IMG/VR virus record: IMGVR_UViG_3300048850_000068
Location: 1-64,000 of that record
DNA: 64,000 bases
Source of the DNA: a virus
Strand: one strand, 5' to 3'
The first letter of the stretch is position 1; each line of letters begins with the position of its first letter. Under the pieces are notes generated by a model. The model searched no databases and had not been told where the DNA came from. It saw nothing but the letters and a program-made list of their open reading frames with translations. Positions 17,995 through 26,574 of the stretch are shown here, in pieces. The position numbers were made by a program, and so were the translations under genes.

Positions 17995-18992
17995 GCTGCT
18001 TCCTTCATGCCGGCGGGAGTGAACGGCTCCAGCCAGGTCTCCAAATCAGTCAGTATTGACTGAAACATAAACTCACCGCAAAACGCGCCGAACTCTTCGG
18101 CCTTGGGCTTCCCGTCGCCCTTGATCGTCATACCGGCCGGAGCGGGGATCTGCGGGTGATTGAGATCCATCAGCCACATGTTGCGCTGGAAGTTCGCGAT
18201 CTTGTCAGCGTCGGTGGCGAAATCCTTCAGCTTCTTGGGCAGCTTCAGGTTCTCGAGATTGGCGCGGTTCCAGAACTCGGTGACCGAGCCGAACTTGTTG
18301 ACCAGGTCGATCGCGCCCTTCTCGCCGATGCCGCCAACACCCGGAAGGTTGTCGGAGATATCGCCCATCATCGCCTTGACCTCGAGCCAGGCGCGAGCGG
18401 AGGGAACGCCGATCCATTCGGATTCGATCTCGATGCCGTCCTCGTCCTTCTTCAGCACCTTCTTGTAGCCGAGCTCCTTCGAGAGGTTCTTGAAGTTGAT
18501 GATCTGCTCGCGGATCATATCGCGCCAGGCCACGCCCGGACGCACCAACTGGATCCAGTCCTTGTCGCCCGAGATCAGCACGACCTTCTTGCCGTTGTTG
18601 GCCCAGCGCTTGCACAGGATGCCGGCGAGATCGTCGGCCTCGAGGTTCATGGCGTGCATCTGACGAACACCGAGGAGCTCGAGACCGCGCTTGATCTGCG
18701 GGATCTGCTTCTTGCAGCTCTCGCGGATCGCCTGGGCCTTCTGCTCGTAGTCCTTCTTGGCGTCGGGCTTGTCGCGCTTGTCCTTGTATTCCGGATAGAC
18801 GTCATAGCGCCAGGAGCGACCGTCCCAGAGGACGATGGGCGCGAGCGTCGGGTAGCGGCAGATCAGTGGGCGCAACTGCTTCAGGAAGCCGTAGATCGCC
18901 TGGGTCTCGGTGTCGCCGACCTTGAGAACCTTGTTGGCAGCGTTCGCGTGAGCGACGTTGCTGCCGTCGATGAGGAGATAGCCGTCGCTCAC
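17991..18992 (-). CDS. 5'-3' exonuclease / flap endonuclease (PolA N-terminal / T5 D15-like)
   Basis: LLIDG, YPEYK, EADD, ISGDKD, GDISDNLPGVGGIGEK. Confidence 0.9.
   Translation of the reverse strand: MSDGYLLIDGSNVAHANAANKVLKVGDTETQAIYGFLKQLRPLICRYPTLAPIVLWDGRSWRYDVYPEYKDKRDKPDAKKDYEQKAQAIRESCKKQIPQIKRGLELLGVRQMHAMNLEADDLAGILCKRWANNGKKVVLISGDKDWIQLVRPGVAWRDMIREQIINFKNLSKELGYKKVLKKDEDGIEIESEWIGVPSARAWLEVKAMMGDISDNLPGVGGIGEKGAIDLVNKFGSVTEFWNRANLENLKLPKKLKDFATDADKIANFQRNMWLMDLNHPQIPAPAGMTIKGDGKPKAEEFGAFCGEFMFQSILTDLETWLEPFTPAGMKEAA
18046..18063. promoter_or_regulatory. 18-bp palindromic site inside the exonuclease 3' end
   Basis: TCAGTCAGTATTGACTGA. Confidence 0.6.
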
Positions 18993-19158
18993 TTCTGTTC
19001 TCCTGCGGCGACAACGCCATATTTCAAATGCGGGCGAGCCGCCTGACGCTCTTCTGCGAAGCGTTGCGCCTCAGCTTCGGTCTTAAAAATGCGGCGTCTA
19101 GCGTCGCGGATGGTCTCACCCCGACGGGTGATGATGCAGATGAGATAGCCGTCGCTCA
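18975..19158. repeat. 17-bp direct repeat pair bounding a small ORF
   Basis: GAGATAGCCGTCGCTCA at 18975-18991 and 19142-19158. Confidence 0.8.
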
Positions 19159-19159
19159 T
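18989..19159 (-). CDS. Small hypothetical protein beginning with the same MSDGYL as the exonuclease
   Basis: GTGAGG SD; FKTEAEAQRFA; bounded by a 17-bp direct repeat. Confidence 0.5.
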   Translation of the reverse strand: MSDGYLICIITRRGETIRDARRRIFKTEAEAQRFAEERQAARPHLKYGVVAAGEQK

Positions 19160-19392
19160 GCGAGCCTCACCTTGATCTGAATTTCCGGGATATCGTCCCA
19201 CTTGTGAGCGACCGGAGAGAATGCAGGAGCCGGGACCGGGCGAAGACGCACGATTTCCTCGTCGTTTTCGTCATCCGTTTCGAAGCCGTAATATCCAAGC
19301 CAGAGATCAACCGCCTTCTCCGGGCTCTCGGCAGTGACGAACAGATCGAAGTCTTCGCCATCCATGCCAAACTGAATGAAGTATTGGATCAT
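19156..19392 (-). CDS. Hypothetical protein
   Basis: AGGAGG SD upstream. Confidence 0.55.
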   Translation of the reverse strand: MIQYFIQFGMDGEDFDLFVTAESPEKAVDLWLGYYGFETDDENDEEIVRLRPVPAPAFSPVAHKWDDIPEIQIKVRLA

Positions 19393-19409
19393 CTAATCCT
19401 CCTAGAGAC

Positions 19410-19438
19410 AAAAGAGGCGGGGATTTGACTCCCCGCCC
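19410..19438 (-). terminator. Probable intrinsic terminator downstream of the SSB gene
   Basis: Minus strand GGGCGGGGA-GTCAAA-TCCCCGCCTC-TTT, preceded by a second GC hairpin. Confidence 0.45.
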
Positions 19439-19485
19439 AAGTAACACGCGCCACAAGGGGCAAACTGTGGCGCGTGGTCTGCGGA

Positions 19486-20421
19486 TTAGATGTTGTCGAG
19501 GTCGCCGAGGAGATCGTCGATCTCACCTGCGGGGAGGGCGGTGCCGAACTCGTCTTCCTCGGGCTCAGGGGCCGGAGCCGGAGCGGGCTTTGCAGCCTTG
19601 GTCGTGGTGGCAGCAGCAGGCTTCGTCGCCGGAGCCGGAGCGGTTGCCAGCTCGTCCTCGAGCTCAGCCAGTTCTGCGTCTTCGACCTTCGCGCTGGTCA
19701 GGAGAGCAGCATTGCCGCCCTTCGGGCCGGTCAGGGCAGGGGCGCCGACAACAACGCCGGTGACCGACGCGATTGCATTGAGGGCCTTCTGCTCTTCGCC
19801 GCGGAAGAATTCACGCTTGATGAACTCCTCGAGGTCGTGGCGCTTCTTCATGGAGTCCTCGGAGACCGGGGCGGACTTCATGGCCGGCATGACCGTATAC
19901 TTCGTGTCCTTGCCCTTGCCGACACGCTCGATCACGAAGTCGATGCCGTCGGTCAGGCTGAGCGGATCGCTGTCCGTGCCGTATTCATCAATCATCGACA
20001 GGATGTTGCCGAAGGCGGTGACGGGCAGTTCGAGGATGACGGGGTCTTCGGACTTGGTGTCGCCCGAGCGCACCAGGGCGTTCACGAGAACCGACTTCTT
20101 AACCTTCCACTCCTTGATGATCTCGAGGGTGGCGTCGTCGGGAGCGCTCTTGGATGCCTTGTCGATGGCATTGCAGATGGCGCAGGGCTTCTCGTGGACA
20201 TGCTCTTCGCACCCAACGACCGCGACGGGCTTGCCGTCCTTCTCGGTCTTGATCCAGTGAACGCCGAGATCGGCCCAGAACTTGCCGAGTTCGTTGTCAG
20301 GATTGGGGAGGATGCGGATCTTCGTCTTGCCTTCCTTCAGCTTCACGGTCTTGGCGTTGCTGTAGGAATACTTGGCCTTCTGGTTCTTGACCAGGTTCAT
20401 GAGGGCTGGATTGAGAGCCAT
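19486..20421 (-). CDS. gp32-like single-stranded DNA-binding protein
   Basis: KIRILP, FW...HWI, C..H...CAIC, G.DF.I.R.G.GKDTKY, acidic C-terminus IDDLLGDLDNI. Confidence 0.72.
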   Translation of the reverse strand: MALNPALMNLVKNQKAKYSYSNAKTVKLKEGKTKIRILPNPDNELGKFWADLGVHWIKTEKDGKPVAVVGCEEHVHEKPCAICNAIDKASKSAPDDATLEIIKEWKVKKSVLVNALVRSGDTKSEDPVILELPVTAFGNILSMIDEYGTDSDPLSLTDGIDFVIERVGKGKDTKYTVMPAMKSAPVSEDSMKKRHDLEEFIKREFFRGEEQKALNAIASVTGVVVGAPALTGPKGGNAALLTSAKVEDAELAELEDELATAPAPATKPAAATTTKAAKPAPAPAPEPEEDEFGTALPAGEIDDLLGDLDNI

Positions 20422-20521
20422 CGTAACTTCTTTCTATCTATCTATCTGTGCCTGGTGCCTTGCGGCTCGTGGCAGACTGGGGTTCTAGCTCGTTCGCTAA
20501 TTAGCGATTTCGCTATTTGTA

Positions 20522-20546
20522 TATAGCGCTTTCAGAGCGGATTGCA
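20522..20546 (-). promoter_or_regulatory. Phage promoter-like motif
   Basis: TGCAATCCG-N10-GCTATA. Confidence 0.6.
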
Positions 20547-20580
20547 GAAGATTTCTTGCGGATTTGTGAGGTTTTCTCCT

Positions 20581-20913
20581 TCAGCAATAAGGTGTCATGA
20601 AGAGGTAGTAGACGCGCCCGTTGAGCGTCATGAAGCTCTCCGGGGTGTCGCCGCTGAGGTCGCAGACCTTCTCCCAGTCCTCCGTGTATTCCACGGGCTG
20701 CCAGCTATGGCTGATATCCTCCCAGCGCAGTTCGCGCGCCTCGAGGTGGTTCTGGGATGAGCCGATCTGAAGGCAGGTCAGCAGACGGGTGTAGGGGTCC
20801 TCCTGGCTGTCGCCACAGGCTTCCCAAACCAGTTGATCCGGATCGATGGAAAAGCCGCCGAGGCCGTTCTTGCGCTCATGTTCGGCTTTCTGCTCACTCG
20901 ACAAAATCGGCAT
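20581..20913 (-). CDS. Hypothetical protein
   Basis: AGGAGG SD upstream. Confidence 0.5.
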   Translation of the reverse strand: MPILSSEQKAEHERKNGLGGFSIDPDQLVWEACGDSQEDPYTRLLTCLQIGSSQNHLEARELRWEDISHSWQPVEYTEDWEKVCDLSGDTPESFMTLNGRVYYLFMTPYC

Positions 20914-21010
20914 CACTTTCCTCCTGCGACGATCCAGCAAACGAAGATGAAGGCGCCGGCCGCGATCGCAGCCTCGAACCAGCGCCAGGGCTTGTCGTAA
21001 GCCCGCCCCG

Positions 21011-21580
21011 TCATGCGGGGTTCTCCGCGGCCTCGCGGGTGCTGCGCTGCCGGCCCATCACGCGGTTCTTGAGGCCTTCGACCTGCTCCTCGCGCATGTT
21101 CCGCAAGCCCAGACGAACCTCGCCCTCGAGCTCGGCGCGCTCACGAGAGCCGTGCTGCACCAGCATATCCTTGCGGTTCTTGAAGGCCTCGACGGCGATC
21201 TTGCCGATGGCTTCGATCTGCTTCGCCTCGTTGAGGGCCTTCTTGACCTCGATCACCTGCGGGTGACGGGCGACGAGCTTTTCGAGCATCGGCTCGGTGA
21301 CCTTCTCACCGGCCTTGGCCTTCTCGTCGCGGATCTTGCGGTCGACGGCTGCCTCGGCGTTCTCGAGGAGCATCTTCATGTCGTCCACCTGGCGCGAGGC
21401 CTTGGCGGAGAGCACGCCGTAATGGGCGAGCAGCGAGGCCTGATCCATCATGGCGCCCGAGATATCGGACATCGTGTAGGAGAGATCCTGCTTGAGCTGC
21501 TTCTCGTCGATCCACTGCTTCACCGCGACCTTGCGCGTCTTGCGCGGCGCGGTTGCCGTATCATCGTCTTGGTCAGACAT
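21011..21580 (-). CDS. Helical hypothetical protein, possibly UvsY-like recombination mediator
   Basis: All-alpha pattern KVTE..LE..V..HP...AF..RKDML; located near ssb and recA. Confidence 0.4.
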   Translation of the reverse strand: MSDQDDDTATAPRKTRKVAVKQWIDEKQLKQDLSYTMSDISGAMMDQASLLAHYGVLSAKASRQVDDMKMLLENAEAAVDRKIRDEKAKAGEKVTEPMLEKLVARHPQVIEVKKALNEAKQIEAIGKIAVEAFKNRKDMLVQHGSRERAELEGEVRLGLRNMREEQVEGLKNRVMGRQRSTREAAENPA

Positions 21581-21597
21581 TGCGTGTGTCCTCTGTG

Positions 21598-21615
21598 TAA
21601 GTCAGTTCTGACTTA
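21598..21615. promoter_or_regulatory. 18-bp palindromic operator-like site
   Basis: TAAGTCAGTTCTGACTTA. Confidence 0.7.
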
Positions 21616-21624
21616 TGATCTAGT

Positions 21625-21649
21625 TATAGCGAAAATCAAGCGGATTGCA
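21625..21649 (-). promoter_or_regulatory. Phage promoter-like motif
   Basis: TGCAATCCG-N10-GCTATA. Confidence 0.6.
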
Positions 21650-21836
21650 CGCGGGAGATTGCTCGATATTCGAACTCCCACACATGATCGTCCCATCCGG
21701 CGTAGCAGGTGCCCTGGCGCTCGACGTATTCGAGCCAGCGGCAATCCCCACGGGCGACCCTCACGGGATACCAGGCGAACCAACGATGCCATTCGTCAAG
21801 CCGGCGCCTCGGCTTCCTGTCACAGTTAATCCTCAT
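21636..21836 (-). CDS. Small Trp-rich phage protein (WHRWFAWxPV), copy 1
   Basis: Paralogue of the adjacent ORF. Confidence 0.6.
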   Translation of the reverse strand: MRINCDRKPRRRLDEWHRWFAWYPVRVARGDCRWLEYVERQGTCYAGWDDHVWEFEYRAISRVQSA

Positions 21837-22045
21837 ACCATCACCATGCTTGCGCGGTATTCATTCTCCCAGTCACCGCCGGCCCAGTTGCCATTGTAGG
21901 TGCACTTGCGCTCCACCCACTCCAACCAGCAGATCTCTGTCGGGCTAATCCTCACAGGACGCCAGGCGAACCAGCGGTGCCATTCCTCGCAATTCACCGA
22001 CGCCTTCTTGCTTAAATTGAACCTCATACCATCACCATGCTTGCG
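21831..22045. repeat. 24-bp direct repeat pair bounding a small ORF
   Basis: CCTCATACCATCACCATGCTTGCG at 21831-21854 and 22022-22045. Confidence 0.85.
21833..22027 (-). CDS. Small Trp-rich phage protein (WHRWFAWxPV), copy 2
   Basis: Start MRFNLS; bounded by a 24-bp direct repeat. Confidence 0.6.
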   Translation of the reverse strand: MRFNLSKKASVNCEEWHRWFAWRPVRISPTEICWLEWVERKCTYNGNWAGGDWENEYRASMVMV

Positions 22046-25000
22046 ACCTGTCCAAAGACTTCGTTGAGGGCGGTCTGCTTGTCCGGATCGTGATAGATCT
22101 CGCCCGGATTGAAGCCGATCACCAGATTGGCGTCGAGCGCCTGGTTGTAGAGCACCTTGCCGGCCATATCGGACGCCTTGCCCTTGAACTCGGGGATGAA
22201 GTGACGCACCACGGTCGAGCCCAAGAGCACGATCACGGTTGGCTTCACCAGCTCGATCTCCTTCTTCAGGTAGGGCGCCCAATCGGTGACTTCGGTGGGA
22301 CCGACCGTCTTGCCCTCCTTGGGCCGCTTGATCAGTCCGGTCCAGTAGCCGTCATTGCGGCACAGGTCGTGCTCGCGAAGGGCCTGGCCGATCCAATCCC
22401 AGTTGCCGCCGAAGGCGAAGAACTGGGCATCCTCTTCGCCCTTGGTCGGCCCGTCGAAGATCGCCATGAACTTCGCGCCTTCCTTGACGTGCGGCTTGAC
22501 CGCGAGGTTGTAGACGTTCTCGCGGGCGTGCTGCATCACCAGCGCGACCTTGGCCCGGGTGTGCTTGTCGGTGTGCATATCGCGGTTGACCGGCACCACA
22601 TCCGTAATCAGGCCCGGGATCAGCTCGACCTGGTCCTTGATGCGGTCCGGATGTCGGGCTGCGATCTGTGAGGGCTCGATCCTGGCGAATGCCCCGATCC
22701 TGTTAAGCACCTCGCGGTGCCGGGCGTTGCACTTGCGCTTCTCGACCCGCTTCTCAAGATCCAGCATCGACTTGAACGGACCATCCTTGCGCGCCTCGAG
22801 GATCGCCTGGGTGGTGTTGTCCGAGATGCCCTTGACCCGGTTGAACGGGATCGCCAGCATCGTGTCGGTGATGATCTCGAATTGGCCCGTGGACAGGTTG
22901 ATGTCCGGAAGGGTGATCTCGATCCCGAGGCGCGCAGCTTCGCGCAGGATTGCCGGCAGCTTCTCCTCCTTCATCAGCGACAGAGCCGCGGCGAAGAACT
23001 CGACCGGATAATTCACCTTGAGCCACATCGATTGATAGGAGATCAGGGTGTATTCGACCGAGTGCGACTTGTTGAAGCCGTATCCGGCGAAGCCCTCGAT
23101 CTTGTCGAACAGCTCTCCGGCCCACTCCTCTGTTTCGCCGACCGTCGCGACCACGCCCTTAACGAAGTTACCGCGCTCCTTTGCCATCTCCTCGGGCAGC
23201 TTCTTACCCATGATCTTACGCAGCTTGTCGGCGCCGGCCGCGGAATAGCCCGCGATAACCCGCGACACCTGCATGACCTGCTCCTGGTAGACCATGACGC
23301 CGAAGGTGGGCGCGAGGATCTCTTCCATGAGCGGGTGGTCGTAATCGACGGTCTCGAGGCCCTGCTTGCGCTTCCAGTAGGAATCCATCATGCCCGATTC
23401 CATCGGACCCGGACGATACAGCGCGGTTGCGGCCGTGATATCGTCGAAGGTGATCACGCCGTCCTTGCCGAGCTCCTTCAAGAGGCGCCGCATGCCGCCC
23501 GACTCAAACTGGAAGATACCCGTCGTCTGACCCGCGGCGAACGCCTGCAGCACCTTGTCGTCGTCGAGCGGGATCTTCATCAGGTCCACGCGCTTCGAAT
23601 GGCGCTGGCGGATATACTTCAGGGTCGCGTCGATGAGATCGAGGGTCGAGAGACCCAGAATATCCATCTTCACGAGGCCCTGGTCCTCGACGATGCGCTT
23701 ATCCCAGCAGACGACGGTTTCGCCCTTGCGCCGCTCGAGCACGGCACGCTCCACCAGGTCGCACCCGCCGACGACGATACCCGCGGCGTGCTGCGACAGG
23801 TTGCGCATGACGCCTTCGAGTTGAAGCATCACGCCCCAGAGCGGATCATACTTGTCGCGGAAGGCTGCGATCTCCGGAACGGCCTCGGCTGCCTTGGTCA
23901 AGGGGACGTTGGCGCCGTGGTTCTTCGGCATCATCTTAGATGCAGAATACTCCCGTTCATCAAGACCAAAGACGCGCGAGACGTCGCGCATCGCGCTTGC
24001 GCCCGCAAGCGTGCCGAAATTACTAATGCCGGCAACACGCTCTTGCCCATACTTCTTGACCAGGTATTCGACAACCTCGTGCCGACGCTCCGACATAAAG
24101 TCCAGGTCAGCATCGGGGAGATCGAGGCGATCCGGGTTAATGAAGCGCTCGAATAGGAGCCCAAATCGAATGGGGTCGCAGTCGGTGATCCCCATGAGAT
24201 ACGCGACAAGAGATCCGCCGACCGAACCTCGACCAGGGCCAACCAGAATACCGGAGCTCTTCGCGAACCGGACGACGTCCTGGACAAGCAGGAAGTAACC
24301 CGCAAATCCAAGCTTCTTGAGGACTGAGAGTTCATAGACCAATCGCGGCCGGTAGACCGCCTCCAATTCGTTTGCGCCGGGCTTGTGACCGAAGACCTCG
24401 CTTGCAAAGCGCGTCTTGAAGCCCTTGATGCACTCGTTCTTGAGCGCCTCAAACTCGTCCGGGGCCATCACGGGCAGGGTCGGGTCCTGCTTCTCCCAGA
24501 CATAGCTGACGCTGTTCACCAGATCGTCGGTGTGTCTGAGCGCTGCCTTGAACCAGGCGCCCGCATCTTCAATGCCGTAGCGGTCGCGCAGGCGCACCGC
24601 AGCGCCCTTGACCTGCTCGATCAGCTCCGGGGCAGTGAGCGGGTGAAGATCGCGCCAATACGGCTGCCAGTGCCACATTTCGGAGACCTTCACGTTGCGG
24701 GTCACCGCGTTCATGATCTCCTGGGCGTCAGCCTGCTCCTTCGGATAGGCCGCGGGGCGGGTGGCGAGCGTCCAGATGCCGAGCTTTTCAGCAAGCCGGA
24801 TCGCCTTGGCGTTGAGGGTGTCCCAGAGCGGCGCGTCGATGGGCGTGAGCGTCGCAAAGACACTGGCGCGGCCGAGCGCTTCCATCCAGCCAGCAACGAT
24901 GCTCTCGGCTTCCGGATGCGTGAGCACACTGAAGGCGTCGCCGGTGGCAATGGCGAGATCCGGGCTCTCCTCCTGGGCCTGAATGCGCATCAGGAAGTCG

Positions 25001-25389
25001 AACAGGTCGTTGAAGCCCAACTTGGGCACGTTGTAGAAGCGCTCGTCGGAATTGGCGAGGGTGAGCATGCGGAACACCAGGTCGAGCCCGCGCTTGCTCT
25101 TGATGTAGAGGGTGGCGAAATACTCCGGCGGGGCCTTGACCTTCTGACCCTTCGGCTTCTTCCAGGTCGGATCATCCACCAGGCGCAGACGGACGCCGAT
25201 GATCGGCTTGACCTCGGCCTTCTTCGCCTTGTTGGTGAAATCGATCATGCCGGTGACCGACATGGTGTCGGTGATCGCAATGGCCTTGGCGCCGGCCTTC
25301 TTCGAATCCTCGATCAGCTTCTCGACGGTATAGATGCTCTCGCCGATGGAGAAGTTGGTTCGCGCCGCTAATACGGAGTGCATACTCAT
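22024..25389 (-). CDS. dnaE: DNA polymerase III alpha subunit with C-terminal uracil-DNA-glycosylase-like domain
   Basis: PHP N-terminus, GPGRGS, FERFINPDR..PDADLDF, HAAG, KMDILGL, FNKSHS; C-terminal LKKEIELVKPTVIVLLG. Confidence 0.95.
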   Translation of the reverse strand: MSMHSVLAARTNFSIGESIYTVEKLIEDSKKAGAKAIAITDTMSVTGMIDFTNKAKKAEVKPIIGVRLRLVDDPTWKKPKGQKVKAPPEYFATLYIKSKRGLDLVFRMLTLANSDERFYNVPKLGFNDLFDFLMRIQAQEESPDLAIATGDAFSVLTHPEAESIVAGWMEALGRASVFATLTPIDAPLWDTLNAKAIRLAEKLGIWTLATRPAAYPKEQADAQEIMNAVTRNVKVSEMWHWQPYWRDLHPLTAPELIEQVKGAAVRLRDRYGIEDAGAWFKAALRHTDDLVNSVSYVWEKQDPTLPVMAPDEFEALKNECIKGFKTRFASEVFGHKPGANELEAVYRPRLVYELSVLKKLGFAGYFLLVQDVVRFAKSSGILVGPGRGSVGGSLVAYLMGITDCDPIRFGLLFERFINPDRLDLPDADLDFMSERRHEVVEYLVKKYGQERVAGISNFGTLAGASAMRDVSRVFGLDEREYSASKMMPKNHGANVPLTKAAEAVPEIAAFRDKYDPLWGVMLQLEGVMRNLSQHAAGIVVGGCDLVERAVLERRKGETVVCWDKRIVEDQGLVKMDILGLSTLDLIDATLKYIRQRHSKRVDLMKIPLDDDKVLQAFAAGQTTGIFQFESGGMRRLLKELGKDGVITFDDITAATALYRPGPMESGMMDSYWKRKQGLETVDYDHPLMEEILAPTFGVMVYQEQVMQVSRVIAGYSAAGADKLRKIMGKKLPEEMAKERGNFVKGVVATVGETEEWAGELFDKIEGFAGYGFNKSHSVEYTLISYQSMWLKVNYPVEFFAAALSLMKEEKLPAILREAARLGIEITLPDINLSTGQFEIITDTMLAIPFNRVKGISDNTTQAILEARKDGPFKSMLDLEKRVEKRKCNARHREVLNRIGAFARIEPSQIAARHPDRIKDQVELIPGLITDVVPVNRDMHTDKHTRAKVALVMQHARENVYNLAVKPHVKEGAKFMAIFDGPTKGEEDAQFFAFGGNWDWIGQALREHDLCRNDGYWTGLIKRPKEGKTVGPTEVTDWAPYLKKEIELVKPTVIVLLGSTVVRHFIPEFKGKASDMAGKVLYNQALDANLVIGFNPGEIYHDPDKQTALNEVFGQVASMVMV

Positions 25390-25601
25390 CCCTTGAGTTG
25401 CGACCAGTAGGTCAGAAACACATTCGTAAAGTTTGGATTTTCCTCGCGAATGCGGCGCTCGATGTGCTCGATATCCGCGAAGACCTTGGGCGCTTTCATA
25501 TTAGTGAAGGTGATGCGGCCAACGCCCGAGCCTGGCACCCCTCTAAGCAGCCCCTCGGAAGGGGCTGCTGACTGAAAGGAATAGACGACGTAAAGGAGCA
25601 T
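25386..25601 (-). CDS. Hypothetical protein
   Basis: Resembles the C-terminal domain of the adjacent ORF. Confidence 0.5.
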   Translation of the reverse strand: MLLYVVYSFQSAAPSEGLLRGVPGSGVGRITFTNMKAPKVFADIEHIERRIREENPNFTNVFLTYWSQLKG

Positions 25602-26023
25602 CAGGCCTGCAGGGCCTTCCAGTTGGTGATCAGCACGCGGACGAGAGTGCCCTTCGACTGTTCGACCAAGCCCTTCTCGATCTCGAAAATGTCCTGCACC
25701 GTGAGAATGTCGCGCATGCGGTTGAGGAAGGCGCGCTCGGTGCCCTTCGTGGCGTCCTGGCGGATATAGTCGAACACGACCATCACCTTCGGGCCGTTGT
25801 TGTCGATGATCTGCTGCACCTCTTCCGGGGTGAACAGCTTCACCGGGGCCGGAGCCTCGGCCGGCGCCTGGTTTACCTCGTCGCCCTGTGCCTTGGTTCC
25901 ACCCTGTTCGCCGTCGCGGCTCTTGAGCACCTCGCCCTCGGCGGTAACCACCTCTTCAAGCTTGGCGCGCTCGTCGAGCGAGAGAGCTTCAAAGGCGTCA
26001 CGGGTCATAATCGTCTGGTTCAC
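25601..26023 (-). CDS. Hypothetical protein
   Basis: Probable GTG start after GAGG. Confidence 0.5.
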   Translation of the reverse strand: MNQTIMTRDAFEALSLDERAKLEEVVTAEGEVLKSRDGEQGGTKAQGDEVNQAPAEAPAPVKLFTPEEVQQIIDNNGPKVMVVFDYIRQDATKGTERAFLNRMRDILTVQDIFEIEKGLVEQSKGTLVRVLITNWKALQA

Positions 26024-26027
26024 TTGT

Positions 26028-26567
26028 CTACCTCTTGAGTGAAATTCGGCCGTCGGTTTCGGTGGCAGCACCAACCGCAACGAGCAGTTGGCTTGCCTGC
26101 AGAGCGTGGGCGGCCGCTGTGCCCTCGCTCCACTCAAACTTCTTCATGAAAGCCTCGACGAGACCCTGCCGGCTGATCTGGTTGCCGCTCAGGTGCAGCA
26201 GCAGATGACAGGCGACGAGCAGGAACGCCGGCTTCTTCTTCGCCGCGAAAGGGTTGCGGCCCTCGCGCAGACTTTCGGTGATCTTGATCCCGGCCCGATC
26301 GATGCGCTCCATGAGCTCCTCGACCTTCTTTGGCAGCGTCATCACGCCCGCGTCCTTGACGATCTGCTTGCGCTCGACCTTGGGCTTTTCCACCCGCGGG
26401 GCGATGCCGAGCTTTTCGCGCAGGCGCTCCATGCGGGCTTCCGAGATCGGCTTGCAGCGGGCCGAGAACGGGCAGGTTTGGCATTCAACCTGGCTCTCCT
26501 TGTAGGTGAGGGCCGAGCCGAAGCAGCCTGGGGCGAGGTGGGTGTCCGGGGTTGCATAAGTCATCAC
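26028..26567 (-). CDS. Hypothetical protein with N-terminal Cys cluster (possible Zn ribbon)
   Basis: PGCFG..CQTCPFSARC. Confidence 0.55.
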   Translation of the reverse strand: MMTYATPDTHLAPGCFGSALTYKESQVECQTCPFSARCKPISEARMERLREKLGIAPRVEKPKVERKQIVKDAGVMTLPKKVEELMERIDRAGIKITESLREGRNPFAAKKKPAFLLVACHLLLHLSGNQISRQGLVEAFMKKFEWSEGTAAAHALQASQLLVAVGAATETDGRISLKR

Positions 26568-26574
26568 TGACTGA
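26557..26574. promoter_or_regulatory. 18-bp palindromic site at a gene overlap
   Basis: TAAGTCATCACTGACTGA. Confidence 0.6.

Noticed and set aside
22024-25389. Inteins or introns in DnaE (also RecA, DnaB, NrdA)
   Set aside because: Lengths are normal or compact, and no C...HN/C splice junctions or LAGLIDADG motifs were seen.
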